DNA of 64,000 bases from Trueperaceae bacterium (GCA_965213925.1 OZ243927.1:3936001-4000000); one strand, 5' to 3'; shown: positions 1 through 10,530, counted from the first letter of the stretch. Notes: generated by a model from the letters alone, not told the origin. A program made the numbers and translations.

Positions 1-1190
1 AGCAGCGCACACCCGACCTGGACAAAGTGGTCGAAGAGGTCACAGACCGCGAGGGCTGGCGTTCGGGCAACGCGATGGTCTTTGTTATCTCGAGCAGCGA
101 CAAGAACGACCGGCGCGTGGCGGAGTCGTACCGCGGTGACAAGAAGGGTGCGCCCACGCTCGTTATCAAGTATAGCGGCGGCAGCAAGAGCGAGCCTAAG
201 CCGTCCAACCCTCCCCAAGCTAAGGGTGGCAAAGCCCGCATCATCTTGGACACCGATATAGGCGTAGACGTCGACGACGCGGGCGCACTCGCCGTGCTGC
301 ACACCCTGGCAGACCGGGGCGAAGCTAGAATTTTGGCGACGGTCTCGAATACCTACGACCCCTACGCCGCCGCCGCCATCGACGCCATCAATACCTACTA
401 CGGCCGCCCCAACATCCCCGTAGGTCGCAACGCGAACCGCAAGCAGCTCCCTAAAGCGACCCCCTGGTGGCGCAAGAACGACGCCCACTTCGTCCGGAGC
501 GTCGCCAAGCGCTTCCCGAACAACACGGGCTCCAAGGTGCCTTCAGCCGTCTCGGTCTACCGCAAAGCGCTCGCCTCGCAGCCGGACAGGAGCGTCACTG
601 TGGTCTCGGTTGGGTTCATGAGCAACTTAGCGGACTTGCTCAAGTCGAAGCCGGACAAGTACAGCAAGCTGAGCGGCAAAGCGCTCGTCAAGCGCAAGGT
701 CAAAGACTTGGTCATTATGGGCGGCACCTATCCGCGCAGCAGCCGCGACCTCTACCTCAAAGGGACCAGAAAGGGCAACATCTCGCCCCAAATCGCGGGC
801 TACGTGCTCAAGAGCTGGCCGACGAGGATGACGTTCGCAGCGGGCAACGTCTGCGGCGGCATCAAGAACGGGCACACGCTCGCCAAGAAGACGCCTAAGA
901 GCAACCCCGTCCGCGAGTCTTACCGCCTCTTCTTCGGCAAGTCGGGCGTCGGACGTGTCAGTTGGGACCTCTGCGCCGTGCTCTACGCCGTGCGCGGCTC
1001 CTCCGGACCCGGCGGCGAGACCTATTTCGCCAGACGCGACGTCGACAAGCACCTCACCATCAACAAGAGCGGCAGCACCCAGTGGGTTTCGCCCAGCAAC
1101 GGTCGCCACACGCGGCTCGTGAGGAAGATGTCGAGCAAGAAGATCACCGCGCGACTCGAGGCCCTCTTGGTCACCCCCCCACGGCGCTAG
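1..1190 (+). CDS. Nucleoside hydrolase (IU-NH)-fold protein, 5' end outside the window; the N-terminal part is shared with the secreted protein at 50279-52279
   Basis: IILDTDIGVDVDDAGAL (DxDxxxDD) motif, SVGFMSNL and SWD motifs; frame open to the window edge; very Lys/Arg-rich. Confidence 0.75.
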   Translation, partial: QRTPDLDKVVEEVTDREGWRSGNAMVFVISSSDKNDRRVAESYRGDKKGAPTLVIKYSGGSKSEPKPSNPPQAKGGKARIILDTDIGVDVDDAGALAVLHTLADRGEARILATVSNTYDPYAAAAIDAINTYYGRPNIPVGRNANRKQLPKATPWWRKNDAHFVRSVAKRFPNNTGSKVPSAVSVYRKALASQPDRSVTVVSVGFMSNLADLLKSKPDKYSKLSGKALVKRKVKDLVIMGGTYPRSSRDLYLKGTRKGNISPQIAGYVLKSWPTRMTFAAGNVCGGIKNGHTLAKKTPKSNPVRESYRLFFGKSGVGRVSWDLCAVLYAVRGSSGPGGETYFARRDVDKHLTINKSGSTQWVSPSNGRHTRLVRKMSSKKITARLEALLVTPPRR

Positions 1191-1211
1191 TCGTCCCACG
1201 AAAAACCTTCG

Positions 1212-1245
1212 CGAGACCTCTTAGCCTTCTAAGAGGTCTCGTTTT
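1212..1245 (+). terminator. Intrinsic terminator
   Basis: 13-bp stem CGAGACCTCTTAG/CTAAGAGGTCTCG followed by TTTT, just after the stop codon. Confidence 0.8.
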
Positions 1246-1338
1246 ATGCGGAAGCTTCGTTCTGCGTGTCGGATGTGCTCGCCTTTGTCGCACCTTTTGA
1301 CGAAGAGAACCGCGTGCGGCTTTTCGACCTCTTGAGAC

Positions 1339-1515
1339 TTAGTACACTGTCAACTAAGTATTGATACCTTCTTACTGATGTCACCCTGAGCCGAAGGCGT
1401 GAGGGTCTCGTTTTTCATTCTCTGTCAGAGGAGTCAGCAAGGGCAGAGATTCTTACGCTCCACTGCGTTCCGCTCAGAATGACATGCCTTATTTTTAACT
1501 TAACGCTGTACTTAG
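1339..1515. repeat. MITE/REP-like dispersed element, copy 1
   Basis: Core TGTCACCCTGAGCCGAAGGCGTGAGGGTCTCG...AGATTCTTACGCTCCAC...TTCCGCTCAGAATGACA (1379-1484) recurs at 23705-23826; imperfect outer inverted repeats TAGTAC.../...GTACTTAG. Confidence 0.8.
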
Positions 1516-1588
1516 TTATGCGCTTCTCTTACCAAGCGTTAGAAGGCTCAGGCTTGAATCTGCCGTTGGAACGAGAGAGGTGCTTCGT

Positions 1589-2443
1589 TTAACCCGACCT
1601 CAACCTCTTTAACACCTCTCGCCCCTGCTGCTCGAACGCCTCGTCGCTATGTTCTCTCGCCCACATAACTGTCGTCAGTGCTGTATGCGCTGACAGCTTC
1701 GTCAATACGTCCCTCTCTTCAACGGTTAAGCTGCGTCCATAGCCTCTCCAAAAAGCAGCCGCTAAATCTGGACGGCGTTGCCATATGCCACTCCAAAGTC
1801 TCTCTACGTCCAGAAACCAGAGGTCGGGTCTGGCGTGTTCGAAGTCGATGACGTAGACGTCTTCACCATCTAAAAGCCAGTTGCGCGCGGTGTAGTCACG
1901 GTGGCAGGGAACGCGCGTCCAACCTCGCGCGCGGATGACTGTAACGGCGTCCTCGAGCTGTCCCCGCACCCAATCGACGGTTTGCGACTCTATCAGCCCC
2001 TCGCCCCTCTTGATCCAAGCCTCGGACCTCTTGAGTAGCGCGTCAGCGAGGGGAAGCGCGTCCGTATCTGCAAAGGGCAAGTCGTGAAGCCGCCGCAAAA
2101 ACGCACCGGCGCGGCGGTAAACCTCTCTTTCCTGAGCTTCTGTTGGCTTGACCTCTTGTGCGAGCACGCCGGGGACGGCAGAGAGAAGTAGTGCGTTAGG
2201 ATTTTTACGAGTGGCGACAAGGTCGGGCACCAGCGTCAGATGAGGGGTCCAATTTTGATAAGCGTAGACCTCTTGCTGAAACTTGCGCGGCTGCTTGTGT
2301 TGCTTGAGGTAGTAGCGTCTCCCCTTCGCGGAGACTTCCCACACGTTCGACTCGGCGTGGTCCCAGCCGCAAAAGCGCGTGACCTCGAACGGTCCTAGCG
2401 CCGCGCGGAGAAACTTCTCTAAGGCAGCCTCGGGGCGACGCAC
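1589..2443 (-). CDS. Aminoglycoside phosphotransferase (APH)/kinase-like family protein
   Basis: CHRDYTARN and IDFE motifs, YLKQ lysine. Confidence 0.85.
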   Translation of the reverse strand: MRRPEAALEKFLRAALGPFEVTRFCGWDHAESNVWEVSAKGRRYYLKQHKQPRKFQQEVYAYQNWTPHLTLVPDLVATRKNPNALLLSAVPGVLAQEVKPTEAQEREVYRRAGAFLRRLHDLPFADTDALPLADALLKRSEAWIKRGEGLIESQTVDWVRGQLEDAVTVIRARGWTRVPCHRDYTARNWLLDGEDVYVIDFEHARPDLWFLDVERLWSGIWQRRPDLAAAFWRGYGRSLTVEERDVLTKLSAHTALTTVMWAREHSDEAFEQQGREVLKRLRSG

Positions 2444-2450
2444 GCGCGGC

Positions 2451-3539
2451 TCAAGGTGCGTCGCCGCGCACGACTTCGACGCGGTTGCGCCCGCCGCGCT
2501 TCGCCGCGTAGAGCGCTCTGTCGGCGCGTTGGACGAGCCTTTCTAGCGTGTCCCCTAGCGCGTACACCGTCACGCCGCAACTCACCGTGACGCGGTGATC
2601 CCCAACTAAAGGTCTCGCTTCGACCGCTTCGCGCAGCCGCTCGGCGCGGCGCAGCGCGCCCGGTTCGTCCACGTGCCGCACCAAAACGATGAACTCCTCG
2701 CCACCCCAACGCCCGAGCGCGTCCCCCGTGCGGAGGTGCTCGGCGAGCCGCTGCACGGCGGCTGAAAGCACCATGTCGCCGACGTTATGACCGAAGATGT
2801 CATTGATCTTTTTGAAGTGGTCGAAGTCGATCATCATGACAGCGAACGAACTACCCTTGCGCCCCTCGATCAGCGCGTCTTGCAGCAAGAGGTTCATCTG
2901 CCGCCGGTTCGGAACGCCCGTAAGTGCGTCGTGATAGGCGAGCTTCTGAAGCTGCGTGACGTCTTCGCTGACGCCGGATAGGGGCAGGTGAGCGCGCGTC
3001 AGTGCGTGGAGCGCAGCGAGGCACGCGCCGTGCCCGATAAGGAGCGCGGCGGGCAGCAGAAATCCGCTGGACAGCCGCACGTCACCCGCGGTCGCGAGCG
3101 CGTGCGGCACGCTCGCTGCGACAAACGCGCCCAGCGCCACCACCGAGACGCTCAGCGCCGTCTTGGACGGGTAAACCGAGAAGAAGGCGGCGTAGATAGC
3201 GGGCAGCCACAAGACGACCTTGAACACCGCGAATTGCTCGACGCTCGAGCCGTAGGAGTAGTAAAAGGCGTCGAGCCAGGCGACCAAGAGGACCGTGAGG
3301 TAGACGAACGTTCCTAACTCCACCGCCCGCTCGCGGTGACGCGGCGGCGCGAGGAACGCAGCTAGGCTCGAGAGAATAAGCAGCCCGTAGAGGCTGCGGT
3401 TGAGCGGAAACGCGATGCCCATGCGCTCGTAAAAAGCGAGCCATAAAACGCTCATCAGCAGGCTGAGGAGCGCCAGAGCGCGCTGCAACGCGCCACGCGG
3501 CGACGACGAGTAGTAGGGCCAAAATAGAGGCGTCAACAT
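2451..3539 (-). CDS. Membrane-bound diguanylate cyclase (GGDEF domain)
   Basis: Multiple TM helices, DALTG, DFDHFKKIND, RWGGEEF and ADRALYAAK; start placed at MLTPLFW. Confidence 0.9.
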   Translation of the reverse strand: MLTPLFWPYYSSSPRGALQRALALLSLLMSVLWLAFYERMGIAFPLNRSLYGLLILSSLAAFLAPPRHRERAVELGTFVYLTVLLVAWLDAFYYSYGSSVEQFAVFKVVLWLPAIYAAFFSVYPSKTALSVSVVALGAFVAASVPHALATAGDVRLSSGFLLPAALLIGHGACLAALHALTRAHLPLSGVSEDVTQLQKLAYHDALTGVPNRRQMNLLLQDALIEGRKGSSFAVMMIDFDHFKKINDIFGHNVGDMVLSAAVQRLAEHLRTGDALGRWGGEEFIVLVRHVDEPGALRRAERLREAVEARPLVGDHRVTVSCGVTVYALGDTLERLVQRADRALYAAKRGGRNRVEVVRGDAP

Positions 3540-3736
3540 GAGTTTTCTCGGTAACGTGGCATAACTTTCCCCCAAGCGAGTATACCAAAAGCGTCGTGAT
3601 GTACTTCCGCCAAGTCGTAGGGGTGAAGGACCGCGCTGACGAAGCGCACAGCGCTCCGTAAGGCACATTTACAGAGCAAGGCGAATTTGCAAGGCAAGGC
3701 GGTTTCCTCCGCCCCGAAAGCGGGTATAACCGGGGG

Positions 3737-4594
3737 GTGGATAGCGGCGTCCGAGTCCGTAAGGTAGCGCAGACGAAAACGAAACTTTGGGAGTGGCCCA
3801 CCGTACTCTCCCTGGACGCGCCGCTCATCGCGGTGCTCTGGCAGGCGCTCTTCGCGCAAGTTTTCGGCGTATCTCTGGCGTGGTACTACGTCTTCCTCTT
3901 AGCTGCTCCCGTGTGGCTCGTCTACAGCGCGGACCGCCTTTTCGACGGCTGGCAGCGCCACCCCGAGGGTGCGCAAACCCGTCGCCACCGCTTCTACATC
4001 GTGTACCGCAAAGAGGTTGTAGGGGTGTGGCTCGCGGTCCTCGTGGTCAGCCTGCTCGCCGCGCTCCTCACCTTGCGCCCAATCGAACTTTTAGGCGGAC
4101 TCTTGGTCCTCAGCGCGACGCTGGGGTATCTCGCGCGGCTTCACCTCTCTCCGGGAACGAAGCTCATCGTTCCCAAAGAGGTTCAAGTCGCGCTCCTCTT
4201 CGGCGCGGGCGTGGCGCTCTTTCTGGTGCCGAGCCTCGAGTTTCCTTGGCGCATCCTTTCACCCCTCGTACTTTTCACGCTGCTCTGCGCCCTCAACTGC
4301 GCGTTCATCAGCCACTGGGAAGCGGCGACGGACACGCAGCAACACCTGTCCCTCTTGCGCTATTCCCGTTTGGAAGGGCGGCTCTTACACGTTGCCCTCG
4401 CGCTCACGTGCGTAGGGGTGCTCTTCACCTCTGCCTTTTCCGGTGCCGCGCCCCTCTACGGTGCCGTCGCCGGGAGCGCCTTGGCTTTATTTGAATTGGA
4501 ACGCACCCACCTCGGTCCCGCCGCCCTGCGCGTGCTAGGCGACGCCGCCCTGCTTACGCCCGCGCCGCTCCTTATAGCGTTCTGGCTCATCTAA
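3737..4594 (+). CDS. Multi-pass membrane protein (weakly UbiA-like)
   Basis: About 8 hydrophobic segments, YSADRLFD motif; 8 nt from the downstream methyltransferase. Confidence 0.6.
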   Translation: MDSGVRVRKVAQTKTKLWEWPTVLSLDAPLIAVLWQALFAQVFGVSLAWYYVFLLAAPVWLVYSADRLFDGWQRHPEGAQTRRHRFYIVYRKEVVGVWLAVLVVSLLAALLTLRPIELLGGLLVLSATLGYLARLHLSPGTKLIVPKEVQVALLFGAGVALFLVPSLEFPWRILSPLVLFTLLCALNCAFISHWEAATDTQQHLSLLRYSRLEGRLLHVALALTCVGVLFTSAFSGAAPLYGAVAGSALALFELERTHLGPAALRVLGDAALLTPAPLLIAFWLI

Positions 4595-4602
4595 GCGAAG
4601 AC

Positions 4603-5247
4603 GTGAAGAGTTTCGACCGCTTGGCGCGATCTTATCGGCTGCTCGAGCACCTAACCTTCGGTTTTGACCTCACGCGCACCCGCACCGCCTTTCTGAACGA
4701 ACTTACGGGCGCGGAACGTGTGCTCATCTTGGGCGAAGGGGACGGGCGCTTTTTAGCGCGGTTTTTGCAGATTAATTCTTGCGCTCAGGTTGACTGCGTG
4801 GATAAGAGCTTAGAGATGTTGAAGCTGGCGGAAAAGCGGGTCTCGAGCCTACGCGCCGAGCCCCGCGTCACTTTCCACCACGCCGACGCCCTCACGTTCA
4901 GTTACCCCGCACGTCACTATGACCTCATTATCACGCTCTTTTTTCTGGATGTTTTTACGGAAACGCAGCTAGAGCACCTCATCCCTAAACTCGCACAGAG
5001 TTTGGAACCCGAGGGTCTCTGGTATACCGCCGACTTTTGCGTTCCGCAAGGACCTCTTCAACGCCTCCATAGTCTGCTCTGGCTCCGCTTGCTCTACGGC
5101 TTTTTCAACTGGCAGACCGATATGCAAGCGCGTGCGCTCGCTGACCCGGCACCTCACTTTGAAAAACAGGGGTTAGGCCCGCGCCAGACTCGCCATAGAC
5201 GCCTGGGAATGCTCTACAGTCAGGTCTTACAGAAAGAATCGGCATAA
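4603..5247 (+). CDS. Class I SAM-dependent methyltransferase
   Basis: VLILGEGDG motif I, VDKS and YDLII motifs. Confidence 0.85.
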   Translation: MKSFDRLARSYRLLEHLTFGFDLTRTRTAFLNELTGAERVLILGEGDGRFLARFLQINSCAQVDCVDKSLEMLKLAEKRVSSLRAEPRVTFHHADALTFSYPARHYDLIITLFFLDVFTETQLEHLIPKLAQSLEPEGLWYTADFCVPQGPLQRLHSLLWLRLLYGFFNWQTDMQARALADPAPHFEKQGLGPRQTRHRRLGMLYSQVLQKESA

Positions 5248-5365
5248 AGTGGAACCGACGCGCCCAAATATTTTGCTCAATTCGCTCTGTAAGGCCGACG
5301 CCCTTCTCACACCCTCACATCTTTTATACTGAACCTAGCGTTCAGCGGGACAAAAGGGGGAACGT

Positions 5366-5656
5366 ATGCAGGGGGAAAAAGCGACTTTGTCAGGCTCTGC
5401 AGGCTTGGGTTTGCTCGTGGTTCGCGCGGGGCACATCTCGGGCTACTGGCGAGCCGAAGCGGGGTGTCCGCACCTCTACACTCGGCTTCATAGCTTCTAC
5501 CAGAGTCAAGCGAGCGTACTGTATTGCGGCTGCGTTTACAACGAAGAAACGCGCAGCGCGTCGTGGAAGAGGTTGGAGGTAGTGATCTCGAGCTGGGCAC
5601 ACCACGACCACCCAAGTAGTTTAGAGCTTCGCGCTCTACAACCCAGTTTCAACTAA
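5366..5656 (+). CDS. Hypothetical small protein
   Basis: ATG ORF with purine-rich RBS; no recognisable motif. Confidence 0.3.
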   Translation: MQGEKATLSGSAGLGLLVVRAGHISGYWRAEAGCPHLYTRLHSFYQSQASVLYCGCVYNEETRSASWKRLEVVISSWAHHDHPSSLELRALQPSFN

Positions 5657-5809
5657 AAAACTTCAAACCACTCCGCGCTACCGGACAATCTTTCGGTAGC
5701 GTATTTGGTATGTATATTTCTGTAAGGGGTTGACGCGCAACCTGTGGGCAGCATTCTGCAGCGTCAACTCAACGTTTATGAACCAATAAAAAATTGAGTA
5801 AGGAGTCTT

Positions 5810-7618
5810 ATGACCCAATCATCTACGCAAACAAATATGCAAACGGAGACCGAAAGCAGCGTCAAATACCCCTATCTCGGCGCGACGGTAGAAGAAGGGG
5901 GCGTGCGCTTCCGCGTCGTGTCGCCACCTTCCGAAAAAGTCGAGGTGGTTTTGGAGGGGGGCGAGAGCTACGCGATGACCCAAGAGGGCGACCTCTTTGA
6001 AGCGTTCGTAGAGGGTGTCAAAGCGGGCACGCGCTACCGCTACCGCTTTGACGGGGACAACGAGTTCCCCGACCCCGCCTCACGCTTTCAACCCGAAGGC
6101 GTTCACGGTCCCTCCGAAGTCGTTGACCCGAGCACATTTGAATGGAGCGACGGCGGCTGGCAGGGCGTCCCGCACAAAAATTTGGTCTTTTACGAACTTC
6201 ACGTCGGCACGTTCACGCAAGAAGGCACCTACAATGCCGCCAAAGAAAAACTCCCCTACCTCAAGGACTTAGGTATTACAGCGGTGGAACTCCTGCCCGT
6301 CTCCGACTTTCCCGGCGAGCGCAATTGGGGCTACGACCCCGCCGCGCAGTACGCGCCCACGCACGCCTACGGCACACCGGACGAGCTGCGCGAGTTCGTC
6401 AACGAGGCGCATAAACTCGGCTTAGCCGTTTACTTAGACGTCGTCTACAACCACTTCGGACCGGACGGCGCGTACGTCGTGGGCATCAACCCGCAGATGT
6501 TTACAGACAAACACGAGACGCCTTGGGGTCAAGCTATCAACATGGACGATGAAGGCGCGGAGCACGTGCGGCAGTTTTTCTTGGAGAACGCGGTGCACTG
6601 GCTCACCGAGTACCACTTCGACGGCTTCCGCTTGGACGCGGTTTTCGCGATTATCGACGACTCGCCTAAGCATTTCTTAGCCGAACTGACCGAAGCGTGC
6701 GAAGATGTACCGGGCTGGCGGCGCTTTTTGATCGCGGAGGACCCGCGCAACTACCGTAAACTCGTCGAGCCACGCAGCGAAGGCGGCTATGGCTTGGACG
6801 GCATCTGGGCGGACGACTTTCACCACATCGTCCGGGTGAATTTGGCGGGAGACCGCTACGGGTACTTCAAAGATTTTGAAGGTACAACCGAGGAGATGGC
6901 GGCGACCTTGGAACAAGGCTGGTACTACACTGGGCAACATTCCGAGAACGAAGGGGAAGAGAGGGGCACGACCACCGAAGGTTTGCGCCCCGAACACTTC
7001 ACCCTCACGATCCAGAACCACGACCAGGTCGGCAACCGTCCGCGGGGCAACCGTCTGAGCGACGAAACCTCACCGGGCGGCTTCCGGGCGGCGAGCGCCC
7101 TCTTGCTCTTCGCGCCGCAACTTCCGCTCATGTTCATGGGACAAGAGTGGGCGACAAAGACACCCTTTCAGTACTTCACCGACCACAACGAGGAGTTGGG
7201 CAAACTCGTGAGCGAGGGGCGCAAGGAGGAGTTCAAGGACTTCCCCGACTTCCAGGGCGACGTGCCCGACCCGCAGGACCCGGAGACCTTTACGCGGAGC
7301 AAGCTGGATTGGAACGAGTTGGAGAAACCTGAGCACGCCAACGTTCACAAGATGTACCAGGAACTTCTGACGGTGCGCCCCGACTTTACAGGTGAGGTTA
7401 GGCGTGAGCATGTGAGCGAGGGTGGGCTTGTCATAAGGCGGGACGACCACGTATTAGCAGTCGCTTTACGCGAAAACGTTCAGTTACCTCTTCCCGAAAA
7501 TGCGCAACCCCTCTGGCAAAGTGAGGACTACGCCGTAGAGCCCGGTCCACCCGAAATCACGGGTCAAGAGGTCCGCTTCACGACGCCCGGTGCAGTGCTC
7601 TTCAAGGTAAGCGCGTGA
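5810..7618 (+). CDS. treZ: Malto-oligosyltrehalose trehalohydrolase (GH13)
   Basis: YELHVGTF, NWGYD, DVVYNHFGP, DGFRLDA and QNHDQVGNR motifs; AAGGAG RBS. Confidence 0.95.
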   Translation: MTQSSTQTNMQTETESSVKYPYLGATVEEGGVRFRVVSPPSEKVEVVLEGGESYAMTQEGDLFEAFVEGVKAGTRYRYRFDGDNEFPDPASRFQPEGVHGPSEVVDPSTFEWSDGGWQGVPHKNLVFYELHVGTFTQEGTYNAAKEKLPYLKDLGITAVELLPVSDFPGERNWGYDPAAQYAPTHAYGTPDELREFVNEAHKLGLAVYLDVVYNHFGPDGAYVVGINPQMFTDKHETPWGQAINMDDEGAEHVRQFFLENAVHWLTEYHFDGFRLDAVFAIIDDSPKHFLAELTEACEDVPGWRRFLIAEDPRNYRKLVEPRSEGGYGLDGIWADDFHHIVRVNLAGDRYGYFKDFEGTTEEMAATLEQGWYYTGQHSENEGEERGTTTEGLRPEHFTLTIQNHDQVGNRPRGNRLSDETSPGGFRAASALLLFAPQLPLMFMGQEWATKTPFQYFTDHNEELGKLVSEGRKEEFKDFPDFQGDVPDPQDPETFTRSKLDWNELEKPEHANVHKMYQELLTVRPDFTGEVRREHVSEGGLVIRRDDHVLAVALRENVQLPLPENAQPLWQSEDYAVEPGPPEITGQEVRFTTPGAVLFKVSA

Positions 7619-10278
7619 ACGCTTCTTACCGCTTGCAACTCACGCCGGATTTCACGTTTGAGGATGTCCGCGCCCTCTTGCCCTACTTCCAAAAACTCGG
7701 CGTCTCGCACCTCTACCTCTCCCCTATCACCGAAGCGCGGCAGGGCAGCACGCACGGCTACGACGTCATCAACCACAACCAGATTCGTGAGGCGTTCGGC
7801 GGGGCGGAAGGCTTTGAGCGCTTGCGCGAAGAGGCGCGGGCGCACGGGCTCTCCTTCATCCTCGACTACGTCCCGAACCACGCAGGCGTCGGACCGCGCA
7901 ACGTCTACTGGCAAGACGTCTTGGCGTACGGTCCCAACTCCGCGCACGCGGACTTTTTCGACATCGACTGGACGCCTGTCAAACCGGAGCTACAAAATAA
8001 GGTCCTGCTACCCTTCTTAGGGAGCCCTTACGGGGATGTGCTGGACGGCGGCGAACTTGGGTTAGCCTATGACGGCGGACGCTTCTACGCGACCTACTAC
8101 GACAACCGCTTCGCGCTCTACCCCGGCTCGTACGCCCAGATTTTAGAGCGGATGCTGCCCTCGTTCGAGCGCACCGAGCGCTATTTCGACCTCAAGGATT
8201 TGACGGACGACTACGCCTCCTTGGAGCCGAGCCAGCGCGACCGGGCGGAAGGCTTGCGCGTCCGCCTCTCAGCGTTGGCGGAGCAGATCGACTTCGGGGC
8301 GAACTTGCCGACGTTGGAGACGGGCGAGATGCATGACCTCCTAGAAGGGCAGTTCTTCCGGCTTTCCTACTGGCAGACCGCCGGGAGCGAGATCAACTAC
8401 CGCCGCTTCTTCGACATCAACGAGCTTGTGGGTCTCCGCATGGAGTCGCCCGAAGTCTTCTGGGACGCGCACCGCACTTTGGGCGAACTCCTGGTGAAAG
8501 AGGGCATGGACGGCGTCAGGATTGACCATATCGACGGGCTTTTCGACCCGCATGGTTATTTGGAGAGGTTAAAGGCGCTGGGCTCGAGAAACGTCTGGGT
8601 AGAGAAAATCCTGGCGCACGGCGAGGTCTTGCCCGAAGCGTGGCCCGCCCAAGGCACCTCGGGCTACGAATTTATGAACGACGCGATGGGCGTCTTGCTC
8701 TATCAGGAGGGAGAATTGTCCGTTATGCGGGCGTACCGCCGCTTTTTAGGCGACTTCACGCCCTTCGAAGAAGAGGTCCACGGCGCTAAGCGTTTAGTTA
8801 TGGAAACGAGCTTGGCGGGCGAACTCTCGCGCTTGGCGGGCGAACTCAACGAGCTTTCGGAGGCGGATTATCACACCAGGGATTTCACCTTAGACTCGCT
8901 GCAAGAGGCGCTAGCCGAAGTCATCGCCGCCTTCCCGCGCTACCGGACGTACTTACCGTTCGACAAAGATGAAGCGAAAGAGATCGTGCGCGAAGCCGTG
9001 CAGAGCGCCAAACGCCGCAACCTAGCCGCCGAGCTGTCCGTCTACGACTTCATCGAGCGCAGCTTGATCGGGGACGTCAAAGAGGATTTGCGCGGCGCGC
9101 AAGACGCCTTTATCGGACGCTTTCAGCAGTACACCGCGCCCGTGACCGCCAAAGGCATCGAAGACACGACCTTCTACCGCTACATCCCGCTGGTTGCCTT
9201 AAACGAAGTCGGCGGCGAGCCCGAGCACTTCGGGACGGACGCGCACGGCTTTCACTCGAGGGCAAGATTTCGCGCCTACCGCTACCCCGACAACCTCTTG
9301 GCGACGGCGACCCACGACCACAAGCGCGGCGAGGATACGCGGATGCGCCTCATTGCGTTGGCGGAGCACACGGACGCCTGGGAAGAGGTCTTGAGCGCGC
9401 TCAACAACAGGGCACAAGAACTCAGGCAAGGGCGAACGGAGACGATTCCCTTTCAACAGTCGGTCACGAAAAACGACGCCTACTTGTTCTATCAACTGCT
9501 GCTTGCGCTCTGGGTGGACGAAGAGCCGAATTCTTTGGCGGAACGCCTAGAAGCGTACATGGAGAAAGCCGTGCGCGAAGCGAAGGTCAACTCGTCGTGG
9601 CTCAATCCAAACGGCGGGTACGAGGAAGAACTGAAGACCTTCGTGCGCGAAATGACCACCGACGAAGAGGTGGCGCAAATCATCGAACCTCTCGCCCAGG
9701 ACCTCGCCAAAGACGGCTTTTTGAACGGCGTGTCGCAGCTCATCCTCAAGCTCACTACCCCCGGCGTCCCCGACTTCTACCAGGGGACCGAACTCCTAGA
9801 CCTCTCGCTCGTGGACCCCGACAACCGCCGCCCGGTGGATTATGAGGAGAGGAACGCCCTGTTAGATGAGATGGCTCCGCTCTTCGAGAACCCGGACGCG
9901 GACACGCTGCACGGTTGGCTTAGGGAGCAGAAGCCCAGGGCTAAACTCTACGTCATGGCGCAACTTCTCGAGCTGCGCGGTGAGCAGGCGTCTCTCTTCA
10001 GAGGGGATTACCGAGACTTGGACGTAACGGGCGAAGGCTGCGAATTCTTCCTAGCGTTCATGCGCGAAGCTGAGGACAACGCGCTTTTAGTCGTCGTGCC
10101 GCGTTTTCCAGCAATGAGGGCGGAGCAGGATTTGAGCGGCGTCAAGGTCGTCATACCCGAGGACATGCGCGGCAGAGGGTGGCGGGGCGTGCTCTCTGGC
10201 GCAGACATGCAGATAGGAGAAACCCTCAATCCCAACGACTTACCTCTTCCTTTCTCTGTACTGGTTAGTTTGACTTAG
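7615..10278 (+). CDS. treY: Malto-oligosyltrehalose synthase
   Basis: YRLQL, STHGYDV, INYRRFFDIN, RIDHIDGL, THDHKRGED and PGVPDFYQG motifs; GTGA overlap with treZ. Confidence 0.95.
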   Translation: MNASYRLQLTPDFTFEDVRALLPYFQKLGVSHLYLSPITEARQGSTHGYDVINHNQIREAFGGAEGFERLREEARAHGLSFILDYVPNHAGVGPRNVYWQDVLAYGPNSAHADFFDIDWTPVKPELQNKVLLPFLGSPYGDVLDGGELGLAYDGGRFYATYYDNRFALYPGSYAQILERMLPSFERTERYFDLKDLTDDYASLEPSQRDRAEGLRVRLSALAEQIDFGANLPTLETGEMHDLLEGQFFRLSYWQTAGSEINYRRFFDINELVGLRMESPEVFWDAHRTLGELLVKEGMDGVRIDHIDGLFDPHGYLERLKALGSRNVWVEKILAHGEVLPEAWPAQGTSGYEFMNDAMGVLLYQEGELSVMRAYRRFLGDFTPFEEEVHGAKRLVMETSLAGELSRLAGELNELSEADYHTRDFTLDSLQEALAEVIAAFPRYRTYLPFDKDEAKEIVREAVQSAKRRNLAAELSVYDFIERSLIGDVKEDLRGAQDAFIGRFQQYTAPVTAKGIEDTTFYRYIPLVALNEVGGEPEHFGTDAHGFHSRARFRAYRYPDNLLATATHDHKRGEDTRMRLIALAEHTDAWEEVLSALNNRAQELRQGRTETIPFQQSVTKNDAYLFYQLLLALWVDEEPNSLAERLEAYMEKAVREAKVNSSWLNPNGGYEEELKTFVREMTTDEEVAQIIEPLAQDLAKDGFLNGVSQLILKLTTPGVPDFYQGTELLDLSLVDPDNRRPVDYEERNALLDEMAPLFENPDADTLHGWLREQKPRAKLYVMAQLLELRGEQASLFRGDYRDLDVTGEGCEFFLAFMREAEDNALLVVVPRFPAMRAEQDLSGVKVVIPEDMRGRGWRGVLSGADMQIGETLNPNDLPLPFSVLVSLT

Positions 10279-10406
10279 CCGTTTGGAGCGCCTCGAGCGG
10301 TTGAGCGGCAAGAAACTGGTGTCAAAGCAAGGGTTTCAACCCCTTGTTCACTACGTTGAGACAGCAGAGGGAGTACACAACAGCACTCGACTTAGAACCA
10401 CTACGG

Positions 10407-10439
10407 GAGGTTGCAAGGTGAGCTTGCAACCTCTTATTT
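10407..10439 (+). terminator. Hairpin, probable terminator downstream of treY
   Basis: Stem GAGGTTGCAAG/CTTGCAACCTC followed by TTATTT. Confidence 0.55.
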
Positions 10440-10530
10440 CGTAGAGGCGCACCAACTTAACGACTCGAGCAGTGTTCCCCTTCAACCTATAGCGAGGTAT
10501 CTGCAAGAGTTCACACGAGTACCATAAGGC

